Origin: a virus
Lineage: Duplodnaviria > Caudoviricetes
Reading direction: 5' to 3' (one strand)
IMG/VR virus record: IMGVR_UViG_3300023179_000109
Coordinates: 1 to 62,624 of that record
DNA length: 62,624 bases
Shown here: positions 49,026 through 58,800 of the stretch, in pieces
How the letters are laid out: every line of letters starts with the position of its first letter
Numbering within the stretch: position 1 is the first letter of the stretch
The notes under the pieces: generated by a model
What the model saw: only the letters and a program-made list of their open reading frames with translations
The model's database searches: none
Told to the model about the DNA's origin: nothing
Program-made: the position numbers and the translations under genes

Positions 49026-49099
49026 TGGAGTATAGCTCAGTTGGTTAGAGCGTCATCCTGATACGGTGAATGTCGGTGGTTCGAGCCCACCTACTCCAA
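49026..49099 (+). tRNA. tRNA-Ile(GAT)
   Basis: TCATC-CTGATAC-GGTGA. Confidence 0.92.
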
Positions 49100-49101
49100 C
49101 A

Positions 49102-49335
49102 ATGAAAACTAAAATACACGTAAATCAACACCATATAAGGTCAAATAAGACTAAAGGGACTAACTTACCTGTAATTACCATAAAACAGGGGAGAAAGAAC
49201 ACTTATTGTAATGAGGTTGAAATTTTAGGACCAAGTAAAATTACTTATTGTGGTTTTGGCGATGAAAAACCTATTTTGAGTTGTGGCGCAAGGGTTGTTA
49301 TTGAAACTGAAAGTGAAATAAACATTATAAGTTAG
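49102..49335 (+). CDS. hypothetical phage protein
   Basis: MKTKIHVNQHHIRSN...LSCGARV.IET. Confidence 0.65.
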   Translation: MKTKIHVNQHHIRSNKTKGTNLPVITIKQGRKNTYCNEVEILGPSKITYCGFGDEKPILSCGARVVIETESEINIIS

Positions 49336-49422
49336 GAGAGTTGGGAGAGCGGTTTAATCCAACAGTTTGCTAAACTGTCGTACTTCTAAAGGGTACCGCT
49401 GGTTCAAATCCAGCACTCTCCG
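49335..49422 (+). tRNA. tRNA-Ser(GCT)
   Basis: ACAGT-TTGCTAA-ACTGT, long variable arm, G73. Confidence 0.94.
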
Positions 49423-49518
49423 CAAAATAAATTGTTATAGAAATTGACTAATTAGATAAGTTTTTATATATTTATAGTCTAATAAGTTATTTAAACATTA
49501 ACCTAAAAAAAAAAGAAC

Positions 49519-49698
49519 ATGAAAAAAATCCTTGCTATCTTGTCAATCGTTGCATTGGCATCTTGCGGAACAGGAACATCAACTGAAGTAAAAACTGATT
49601 CAACTGCTGTTGTGGCTGATTCAACTAAAGTAGATTCTACAGTTGTTTCTGTAGATTCAGCAAAAGCTGAAGCTCCTAAGGCAGAAGAAGTTAAATAA
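49519..49698 (+). CDS. small lipoprotein (59 aa, not in the ORF track)
   Basis: MKKILAILSIVALASCGTG...DSTAVVADSTKVDSTVVSVDSAK. Confidence 0.75.
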   Translation: MKKILAILSIVALASCGTGTSTEVKTDSTAVVADSTKVDSTVVSVDSAKAEAPKAEEVK

Positions 49699-49720
49699 TA
49701 TAACTTTCTGTAAAAAAATT

Positions 49721-49745
49721 AACCCACCAATTGGTGGGTTTTTTT
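49721..49745. terminator. terminator between convergent genes
   Basis: AACCCACC-AATT-GGTGGGTT plus T tract. Confidence 0.75.
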
Positions 49746-51039
49746 ATTTTAATAATTTTTTAATTTTTTCTATATTTTCGTCAACTTTTTTCTTTTTTCT
49801 TTCTTCCTCTTCTTTATTTTCTTTTCTAAATAAGTCTCCGATTTTTTTGAATGGTGCAACTATTGCATCTTTAACCCATGGGTCAACTCTTTCACCAGAA
49901 TATCCAAATCTTTTTTGTTTTAAATTTCCCGAATCATCATACTTGTCTTTGAATATTGTCAGTGGTGCTGTTAGGATTGCCCCCATTAATGGGTCTGAGA
50001 ATGTGGGTTCTTTTGTTCTTCCTTTATCAATTTTTACATTTTCATTACCTACATAATATTCAATAGTTATTTGATTGATACAAGAGCTATTATATTTGGT
50101 ACTTACAACTCCTGAAACTGGACTTTTTATTTTTGTATTATAGTCTTTTGGTATTGTTATTGTACCTAAATAATCCTTGGTATTTTTACCTAAATCAATA
50201 TCCCCTTTTTTTAATTTAATTTTGGATTTGTTGCTGTCAAATTGGTTAACTGTGACATCGGTATCTGTTTTTCCTAAAATAGTTCCTGAACTAACTTGTT
50301 GTCCGTTTTTAACCGATAATTGTGAAATGTTACAGAATTGTAAATAAAATTTTTCTTTACCTTTAATTGATTGTTCTTTGATACCAGCGGCTGATTTAAT
50401 TTGAGATACTAATGGGTTTGCAATATCATTCATAAACGTTGGGTCGTTTGTTTGAAAATCTAAATTTCCTTTTGGTCTAGTTGTACCTGATATTGAACTT
50501 GATGTTGAACCTGTAATTGTTCCACCACCACATTTTAAACTACCATCAGTATTTAAAAACTCAGTAATTTTGTGACCACTCTCAACCCCAATATGAACAT
50601 GGTCATAATTTACGGATTGAGGAGATTTCATCACGTATCCAAGAAATTGTCCACACTGAATATTATCTCCTTGTTTTACACTTACGGTTGTCAAATGAGT
50701 ATAATATACGTCAGGAAGATTGTTGTCACTATCTACAGTAAATCCGTATCCATATAATCTTTTACCTTCAGTTTCAATAACATCTGTACCATAATCTTTT
50801 AAAGTAATTACCTTACCAGAGGCTATTGCGTAAACAGGAGTGTTTGGTGCTGCTGCTATATCCCAAGCGTTCCCACTTTGCCAATCTGATTGACCAGCAT
50901 GTGCTCCATCTGCAGGAATTGTTACTTTATCACCACCAAATAACGAACTACTTGATGCCGATGCTTCATTAACGAATAGTTTATTTTCATTAAGAATTTT
51001 ATCAAATGATTGAAGTATTTTTTTAATGTCTGTGTTCAT
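49744..51039 (-). CDS. M23-family peptidase domain protein
   Basis: AWDIAA..NTPVYAIASGKV...YYTHL...VKQGD...HVHIG. Confidence 0.75.
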   Translation of the reverse strand: MNTDIKKILQSFDKILNENKLFVNEASASSSSLFGGDKVTIPADGAHAGQSDWQSGNAWDIAAAPNTPVYAIASGKVITLKDYGTDVIETEGKRLYGYGFTVDSDNNLPDVYYTHLTTVSVKQGDNIQCGQFLGYVMKSPQSVNYDHVHIGVESGHKITEFLNTDGSLKCGGGTITGSTSSSISGTTRPKGNLDFQTNDPTFMNDIANPLVSQIKSAAGIKEQSIKGKEKFYLQFCNISQLSVKNGQQVSSGTILGKTDTDVTVNQFDSNKSKIKLKKGDIDLGKNTKDYLGTITIPKDYNTKIKSPVSGVVSTKYNSSCINQITIEYYVGNENVKIDKGRTKEPTFSDPLMGAILTAPLTIFKDKYDDSGNLKQKRFGYSGERVDPWVKDAIVAPFKKIGDLFRKENKEEEERKKKKVDENIEKIKKLLK

Positions 51040-51089
51040 ATATCATATAAATATAACAATTTGAAATAAAAAAACCGAGTTAACTCGGT

Positions 51090-51452
51090 TTATCTATTAG
51101 ATGAATAATTTAATACTTTTTTTCCTGTAGGTTGAACTAAATTTGTTGGTTCTTCACTTAATGGTTCAGATTGAACTTTTTCTAAGACTTTAGTTTCTAC
51201 TTCATTTAATTGAACTTTTTTTGGTTTAGGTTTCTTTTCTTCAATTAATCCAAACTTAATCCATTTGTACCATATTCTTTCGTGAATATAATATTGGATT
51301 GGTTTGTAGACTAATTCTACGATTCCAAATGCGGCACCAATTTTAATACTTCCTGTTGCCCACCACATAATTGCAAAACCAATTCCTGTACTAACAACTC
51401 TATAACTAATTGTTTTAGCTACGTGTCTTTTTGCGGTTACTTTATAATTCAT
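51090..51452 (-). CDS. DUF2061-like membrane protein
   Basis: KRHVAKTISYR...YYIHERIWYK. Confidence 0.75.
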   Translation of the reverse strand: MNYKVTAKRHVAKTISYRVVSTGIGFAIMWWATGSIKIGAAFGIVELVYKPIQYYIHERIWYKWIKFGLIEEKKPKPKKVQLNEVETKVLEKVQSEPLSEEPTNLVQPTGKKVLNYSSNR

Positions 51453-51831
51453 ACGATTTAATATCTGGGATTCCACCTATTGGCTCAAATCCACCATCTC
51501 TAATAAAGTTTATTCCAACAGCCCTTTCAATCGGATTTTCAGGGTCCATATCGTTTAGAACGACTCTTGTACCTCTTCCACAATCCATAACAATTTGATG
51601 ATATTTCACACCAAGAGTTTCAAGTTCTTGTTTGGTCATCAATTCATAACTTGAAGGACGTGCTGTAGTTATAATTATCACCGACCCTGAATTGTAATGG
51701 TTATTTACATAATCAATTACATCTTGGATGGGTGTTAATACTGCTGTGGCTAATTCATTAAATTTACGATACTTAACAATTGTACCATCTATATCCACAA
51801 ATAATGTGGGGTTTTTCACTATTTTACTCAT
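51442..51831 (-). CDS. HAD-superfamily phosphatase-like protein
   Basis: FVDIDGTI, ITTAR. Confidence 0.75.
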   Translation of the reverse strand: MSKIVKNPTLFVDIDGTIVKYRKFNELATAVLTPIQDVIDYVNNHYNSGSVIIITTARPSSYELMTKQELETLGVKYHQIVMDCGRGTRVVLNDMDPENPIERAVGINFIRDGGFEPIGGIPDIKSYEL

Positions 51832-52006
51832 AAGATTTTGGGATTACAATCCACCCTATCAGGTAGATTGTTATGATTGGGAATGGGGTAAAAATTAGGC
51901 CTGCAAAAATCAATCTAACGATTGTTTCATCAATATTGAAATATTCTCCCAATCCTGAACAAACACCAGCAATAGCTTCGTCGTTACTTCTATATAATTT
52001 TTTCAT
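51824..52006 (-). CDS. pspC: PspC domain protein
   Basis: KKLYRS...IAGVCSGLGEYFNID...RLIF...YLIGWIVIP. Confidence 0.88.
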   Translation of the reverse strand: MKKLYRSNDEAIAGVCSGLGEYFNIDETIVRLIFAGLIFTPFPIITIYLIGWIVIPKSYE

Positions 52007-52107
52007 AATTTTAATTTTATAGGTCAGAGGTTGGTGGTGAAATACCTAGGAGCTAGCTTCCGTTCACCACTGCAGATGGCTACACCAACTTGACCCTGTT
52101 TTGAAAC

Positions 52108-52293
52108 TTAAGACTTTTTACACTCCTCCATCTCAATTCTGTTTTTTAAATCTAATTCAACAATTTTATTTTTCCACTCTTTCCAAATTTCAAAATCTTG
52201 TAAATCTTGAATTGTCTTTTCATGAAGTAGTACAAACCCCTCAGGAGCAACTCCTACATACCTTCCTTCAACTATCTTATTTATATCTATCAT
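52108..52293 (-). CDS. hypothetical protein
   Basis: ORF track. Confidence 0.5.
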   Translation of the reverse strand: MIDINKIVEGRYVGVAPEGFVLLHEKTIQDLQDFEIWKEWKNKIVELDLKNRIEMEECKKS

Positions 52294-52379
52294 CTTTATT
52301 CATTTTATCTCCCAACCAAAATGCACCCCCTGCAATTGCTGAAATTATTATTACAATAGAAACAAGTCCTATTATTAAA

Positions 52380-52994
52380 TTAAATACCTGATGTAGTATT
52401 GTCATCATTTAATAGTTTTATGATTTTATCTTTTAATCCTGTTTGTTTAATCCCTTCACTACTTTTTGGTGTGAGTACAAAATTGGTCAAACCCCAGTCC
52501 ATTTCCATTTCACCCCAACTCTCGTGAGTCTGTGGTATTCCCATATTTAAATCATCTACAGCAACCCATTCTGTGACTTCTGGATGGTCTTTAAGGTATT
52601 GAAGTATCTCTAAGGACCTTGACTGTTCTAAATTCCACTGACGAGACCATGGGAAGTTTTCAGGTTCTTGAAATTGACCTAATTTTTTGGTAAATCCAAT
52701 TGGTTTTTTTGAGATTCCTTGGGATAAATAATACTCACCTAATTCTTCTAAAGTCGCATGAAATCTCCAATCAGAAGATACCACAATCTCCGCTCCTGTT
52801 TCTTCTATGACTTCATTTAAAATTTTAATAGATTTCTTATCAAAATCATCAAATCTTATATCAACGGGGGCTTCTCTGTGCAAATTACTTGACTCAGGAT
52901 TTGAGGAGCGATATTTCGCCCATTTTTTTGTACGACCCCCCCAATTATTTGATAAACAGATTACTCCATCATTATCTAAAAATATGACTTTCAT
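52380..52994 (-). CDS. HAD domain protein of the Swiss-Army-Knife RNA-repair type
   Basis: IFLDNDGV, IVVSSDWR, R..EI..YL, WVAVDD. Confidence 0.8.
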   Translation of the reverse strand: MKVIFLDNDGVICLSNNWGGRTKKWAKYRSSNPESSNLHREAPVDIRFDDFDKKSIKILNEVIEETGAEIVVSSDWRFHATLEELGEYYLSQGISKKPIGFTKKLGQFQEPENFPWSRQWNLEQSRSLEILQYLKDHPEVTEWVAVDDLNMGIPQTHESWGEMEMDWGLTNFVLTPKSSEGIKQTGLKDKIIKLLNDDNTTSGI

Positions 52995-53014
52995 AGTCTA
53001 CAAAGATAAATAAA

Positions 53015-53626
53015 TTATTTTTCATAGCCAAATAAATCAAAATGGTCTGAAGAAAAATTATAAATAATTTCTTTAATATGTGGTGTTAGATACTCATCAG
53101 GGTTAAGTTGGTTATAACTTTTGTTTATTTTTTTATCACAAAAGTTTTTTAGAACACCAGAACTGTTTAAATCAGAATCTTTGATGAATGGTATTTTTAT
53201 TATGTCTTCATATAAATTTTCAGTTCTGATTAAATAATTGGGCATTCTATTTTTAAAAAAAGATGAAAATTTGAATATAGGTAAGTTAGTATTTTTTATA
53301 ACCCTTTCGTCTATAAATTTTTCAAAATTTTCAACACTTGGGTCCTTTGCATGACTTTGATACATTGATAGTACTCTACGATAAGGATTTCTTATTGCAC
53401 AAATAAATGACAATTCCTCATGATTTGGTGGAAAAATTGTATTGTGCCCAAAATGAGTTGTTTGATTTGGCATTATTTTATGAATTTGATTAGTTTCTGT
53501 TTCCATAGCGACGGACGAAAATTCAAAATAACCTAATACCCATGATATTAAATTAGTCGCACATTTGGGAGGTAACCACACAAATGTTTTGTGTTTTTCT
53601 GATATTGTGTAAGTTTCTATTTTCAT
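53015..53626 (-). CDS. sulfotransferase family 2-like protein
   Basis: PPKCATN, IRNPYRRVLSMY, IRTENL, FDLFGY. Confidence 0.7.
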   Translation of the reverse strand: MKIETYTISEKHKTFVWLPPKCATNLISWVLGYFEFSSVAMETETNQIHKIMPNQTTHFGHNTIFPPNHEELSFICAIRNPYRRVLSMYQSHAKDPSVENFEKFIDERVIKNTNLPIFKFSSFFKNRMPNYLIRTENLYEDIIKIPFIKDSDLNSSGVLKNFCDKKINKSYNQLNPDEYLTPHIKEIIYNFSSDHFDLFGYEK

Positions 53627-53694
53627 TTAAATAAGTATTTATGTTAATTAAGATAGGTCAAACGACATAAATTTTAAACGTTAAAATATGGTAG

Positions 53695-53919
53695 ATGGTG
53701 ACAAACAGAAAAACGTGGAGAAGAACGTTTCAAGACAATCTCTCCCAAATATTTTTAATGCTGGCATTATTTTTCAATCCTTTTGGGTTCGATGCCGTTC
53801 AGTATTCCCTAATATTACTGACAGGAAGTTTATGGAAAGCGAACTTCGTTTTGTATTGTATTGCGGGACTTTTCTTTGGATTATATATCTACTTTCGCAA
53901 GTTATCTAAAGAGCTTTAA
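53695..53919 (+). CDS. small membrane protein
   Basis: LFFNPFGFD plus hydrophobic segments. Confidence 0.55.
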   Translation: MVTNRKTWRRTFQDNLSQIFLMLALFFNPFGFDAVQYSLILLTGSLWKANFVLYCIAGLFFGLYIYFRKLSKEL

Positions 53920-55399
53920 GCTCACCTGATTTGAATGCGTCAAAATTAGGACCTTTAACTAATAAGAAATCCTTACCTACTTTTCTATAACCTAAAATTC
54001 CTGCATTTTTAGCCGCAGCAAAAAAGGATGCAAATTGACCTCTCAAATCCCTTGGGTTATACAAATAATTCCCTTTTGTTTTTTTATATTTTGTTTTCCC
54101 GTCTTGTGTGACTTTTTCCAAATATCCAACGTCAACTAAAAAATCCAATTTTGTTCCTATTTTACCAGAGTCTAAATAATTTGTAAGTTTTTTAACCCAT
54201 CCTTTATTCTGACGGAAAGTGTATCCATAAGTTGGTGTAAATACTTTTGATGTTCCAGCGACAATTTGTGTAAGTTTTTGATTGTTTACAATACGGTCTA
54301 AAACTCTATGTGCAATGTGTTTTCTAACGCCTTCAGCGGTTTCTGCGGGGGTTTTACCAAGATAGTATGTTACATCAATTCCCCACCCTTCAAGGCCAAG
54401 GTCTTCAAAATCATCACCAGCAACTTCGTCAGTACCCATAAAACCTATACTAGCGGTAAAGTTTTTTTCATCTTTAGATTTGTATGTAATAAAAACTTGA
54501 TATTCGTCAATTAATTTATTTTCTTTATCTGAATCTAATGATATTGATAAACGAGCTTCCGAATGACCAAACCCTAAATCAGGAATATTTTGAAACCCTC
54601 TGACAAGTATTGATAAATCATAACTTGACTTTAAATAATTTTTATTATCTGCGGAAGTTTCACCCATCATATTAAAAGATTCAGTTAAAAACTTATCGGT
54701 CATTGACCCTGCATATTTTTTATAATCATCTTTAATTGATTCAATCATTTCAGGAAATGCATATTCAAATACATCAATTTCCCTTTGGCTCATTGGTGAA
54801 TCTTGGGAGTCCCAATATCTCATAAATCCTTCATCATCAAAATGAATTGCAACTTTTGAGTAATTTTTGTTTGTGGACTTGGCTTTGTTGATTATAAAAT
54901 ATAATCCTTGACGACCTGCGGTGTATCTACTAAAATGTCCTGAGTTTTTTGATGTTACACACCATTTTGTATTTGAACCGTATTTACAAGATGATTGTTC
55001 AGTTTTTGGTTGAATAACCACAAAGTCACCTTTTTCGTAAATCTTTTTTGCTTGTCCTTCTAATTCTTTATCCTTGTTTTTAGTTCGTACAAAATTAATT
55101 ACACTTTCAAGTTCATTTAAGGACACGTATTGATTGATATCTTTTTTAGGGAATTGACTTTGATATTTATCAAAATCTTTTATAAGTTCTATGAAATACT
55201 CTAATTCATCAGTATCCAATTCTCCATCACCATCTGTATGTTTTAATACAAAATCAGTGTACTTGTGATTGAAATCTTTTAAATCAGAAATATTCAAAAT
55301 AAATTCTAAATCTTCTTCATTGAATTTTGTGGAATATTTTTTCTTTAAATCTTCTTTCCTGCCTTCCTTTAATAAGATACCCATGAATTTCATATTCAT
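53906..55399 (-). CDS. hypothetical protein of the KYGxxTxWC family
   Basis: VIQPKTEQSSCKYGSNTKWCVTS. Confidence 0.65.
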   Translation of the reverse strand: MNMKFMGILLKEGRKEDLKKKYSTKFNEEDLEFILNISDLKDFNHKYTDFVLKHTDGDGELDTDELEYFIELIKDFDKYQSQFPKKDINQYVSLNELESVINFVRTKNKDKELEGQAKKIYEKGDFVVIQPKTEQSSCKYGSNTKWCVTSKNSGHFSRYTAGRQGLYFIINKAKSTNKNYSKVAIHFDDEGFMRYWDSQDSPMSQREIDVFEYAFPEMIESIKDDYKKYAGSMTDKFLTESFNMMGETSADNKNYLKSSYDLSILVRGFQNIPDLGFGHSEARLSISLDSDKENKLIDEYQVFITYKSKDEKNFTASIGFMGTDEVAGDDFEDLGLEGWGIDVTYYLGKTPAETAEGVRKHIAHRVLDRIVNNQKLTQIVAGTSKVFTPTYGYTFRQNKGWVKKLTNYLDSGKIGTKLDFLVDVGYLEKVTQDGKTKYKKTKGNYLYNPRDLRGQFASFFAAAKNAGILGYRKVGKDFLLVKGPNFDAFKSGELKAL

Positions 55400-55408
55400 A
55401 AATACCTT

Positions 55409-55759
55409 TTATTTCCAAAACAATTGAATTCCAAGAATAATGAAACTTAATAAAAGACAAACCGATGTTTTAAGGGTAACAGGTTCTTTTAACATAAACC
55501 AAGACATTACGCTAAAAACAATAACTCCAAGACAAAATCCAATTATTCTATTTGGCCAAGTTTGACCATCCCATAAATTAACCATTTGTCTGCTGGCTAA
55601 AATAACGTAATAGCTAATTGGAATACCAATCAGTGTCATCATAAACGGATTTTCTTTAATCCATTTATTCCACAAGTGTCCTTGTAATTGATAAAAAGTG
55701 AAAATTTGGGATATTGTATATATAAAAAAAATAAATAACCCGATAAATAATTTGTTCAT
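55409..55759 (-). CDS. small multi-TM (EamA/SMR-like) membrane protein
   Basis: four TM segments, LKEPVT motif. Confidence 0.55.
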   Translation of the reverse strand: MNKLFIGLFIFFIYTISQIFTFYQLQGHLWNKWIKENPFMMTLIGIPISYYVILASRQMVNLWDGQTWPNRIIGFCLGVIVFSVMSWFMLKEPVTLKTSVCLLLSFIILGIQLFWK

Positions 55760-55836
55760 TGTAACAAATATAGTAAAATTTTGTTACAAAAAAACCCCCA
55801 TCCGAAGATGAGGGTTTAATATTATTCTTGATTAGA

Positions 55837-58800
55837 TTATCTACCGAAGATATATCTGATACCGAATTGAGCTGTCCACACATCAAATACTGATGAGTTT
55901 CTGCTGTAAGTATCTTTTAACAAAACTGTAGAACCATCAGCTAATTTTTGAGTAGCTAATTTGTAAACAGGTTCGTTGTTAACTACTGATGAATAAGTTA
56001 AAATAGTTGGGTTTGTTGCTCTTTGAGAAACACCCCACTTATCGTTAACCATATTACCAAAGTTAAGAATATCAAATCTTAATTGAATTGTATTTCTTTG
56101 ACCTTTAACGTTAACAAAGAAATCTTGTACAACTGATAAATCAAATCTGTGTAACCAAGGTAAGAACATAGCGTTTCTTTCAGCATATTGACCTTTACGA
56201 GATGAAAGATATTCATCTTGATTGATATAAGCTTCAAATGCCGCTTGTTGTTCTGCCTCTGTATATGTTCTTGTACCAACTACTAATGGTGCGAATTTGA
56301 TATCAGAACCTTTGTTAGGAACGAAGATTAATTCGTTGTTGTTTACTCTATCACCGTTTAAGTCACCCGCTACGATATAAGAGAAACCACCATTTCTTTG
56401 ACCTACGTAACCTAAAGTTACTGAAGTTGCTGCACCATATCCTTTTTTACCGTATTCAATTCTATATCCTAATAAACCAACTGCTCTATCAGGAACTACG
56501 AAATCTGAATTTGATAATAATGGGTTATTGTTACCGTTAACACTTCTGATAGACTGCCATGAACCTGATGCAATTGAACCACCACTCATGTAATCTTTAG
56601 CGTTAGACTTAGTGTAAGCAATACTACCAAAGAAACCTTTAGAATATGGTTTCTCTAATTTAACACTTAAAGCGTTGTAGTATGTGTCATCATTGTCAGT
56701 TAAAACAGCACCCATAGATACGTTGTTATTAACTCTAACACCAGCATCAGTTCTTGCATAAAGTGCTCTTGTATCAACTCCGCTGAAATTACCAACTGGA
56801 GCTTTTAAGTTTGCGTTGTAGTAATGAACTGCGTTAATGTTTTTGTTATAAAGGTATTCTACTGAACCAATTAATCCTAAAGGTAATTTTTGGTCAACTG
56901 CGATATTAGTTTTCCAAACCTGAGGGAATTTGTAATTAGGGTCAGTGAATGCTAAATCAAATGTAGATGGTAAAGTTGGAGTTGAAGGAATAAAGTATTT
57001 CTCAGGGTTAGCTGTGAAACCGTATCCTGCAGCTGCAGCACCACTTACATCAATAAATCCTGTTAACACACCGTTGTTACCAACTTGGTTAGAAACAAAC
57101 ACGTATGGAGGACGACCTGTGAATACACCTGTACCACCTCTAACTTGTGTTTTGTTCTCACCTTTAACATTGTAGTTAAAACCTAATCTTGGTTCTAATA
57201 ACTTTTGTGTTTTAGGTAATACACCTGTGTTGAATTTTTCACCGTTAGCAAAAGTCATTGCAGTTACTGCAGGGTTTTCTAAAGCGGTATTTTGAAAATC
57301 AATAATCGCGATTCTTAAACCACCAGTAACTTTCAATTTGTCATTTACTTGGTATTCGTCTTGACCATAAATGTCTAAACGAGTTGATTTTAAAGTTTGC
57401 ATTGGGTCAACAGCTCCAGGTAATGCAGAATATCTGTATTGGAATCTGTATGGTGCCAATGTTGATGGTTTTCCACCGTTAGCTAAAGATTGATTAGCTG
57501 CAGTGTAGAAATCAGTCAAACTGTTAAAAATGTAGACACCGTTAGATGCAGGATAGAATAAGTTATTAGATTGATATTTTTCAAAATTTACACCACCTGT
57601 TAAAGTGTGCTTGTTAGCATACTTTGTTAAATTGTTTGTAATGTGGAAAGTATTGTAATCTAATTTATTTCCTGGAGTGAACGGGTCAAATCCTGTTGAA
57701 ATATAGTTAATTCTTGCAGATGTTCCATCAGCGATATCTATCGTTGGGAATACACCTGACATATAAGCTCTATCCTCAATTTGTTTGTCATAACCAACAA
57801 TTAAGTTGTTATGTAATGTGTTTGATAATTTACTGTTCAATTCTAAAACTGCTGAACGTGTATTATCCATAATAATATAACCACTGTTTTTAAAACTCAT
57901 AGAGTTAAATTGAGTAGTTCTATTACCAGCACCTGCTGATGATGAGTTAGAAATATTAATTTCAGCTTCAGAGTCGTGGTGAATATAACGAGCGGTTAAT
58001 TTATGTTTGTCGTTAATATTCCAATCCATACGAACTAAGAATTTTTTAGATGCATTTGTGTTAGAATAACCTTCCCAAGGACCTGTAACATATCCAAACT
58101 TATCTTTCATAAAGTCAGATAGTGTTTTCATGTCATTGTATTGAACTCTTGTAGGTTGAGCCCCACCTAATGGAGAACCTGCAGATGTCCAAGTTGTACC
58201 TGGTTCAGTTTTTTCTAAAAACTCATAGTTTCCAAAGATGAATAATTTGTCCTTGATAATTGGTGCACCTAAACGAAAACCTCTTACAACTTCATCAAAT
58301 TTTGATGCTGTCACAGGAACTCCGTAAGCAGAATTACCAACATAACGAGAACTATTATCTCTTTGTGTTTGATAGTATGAACCTTCAATTTTGTTTGTAC
58401 CTGAACGTGTTACGGCATTAATTCCTGCCCCAACAAATCCACTTTGACGAATGTCAAAAGGTGCTATGTTTACTTGAAGTTGGTCAATTGCATCTAAAGA
58501 AATTGCAGTTGAGCCTGTTCTACCACCAGCTTGAGCTGAAGAACCCAATCCAAAACCATTATTGAATTGAGAACCATCAATTGTGAAGTTGTTTAAACGA
58601 GAGTCTTGAGCTCCAAATGAACTACCATCACCCAATGGGTTGTACTTAGTAATTGCATTAATAGTTCTAGCCCCTGTAATTGGAATAGTTTGTAATTCTC
58701 TTCTTCCGAATTGTTGACTAGCCCCTGTTTTGTCTTTTGAAAACACATTATTTTTTGTTCCAACGACAACAACTTCTTTTAATGATTTTGAATCTTCCAC

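Noticed and set aside
44115-49101. ORF-track entries overlapping tRNAs (44115-44306, 46391-46612, 46828-47163, 47311-47529, 48050-48280, 48231-48452, 48364-48546, 48683-48901)
   Set aside because: They are shadow frames of tRNA genes or structured RNAs.
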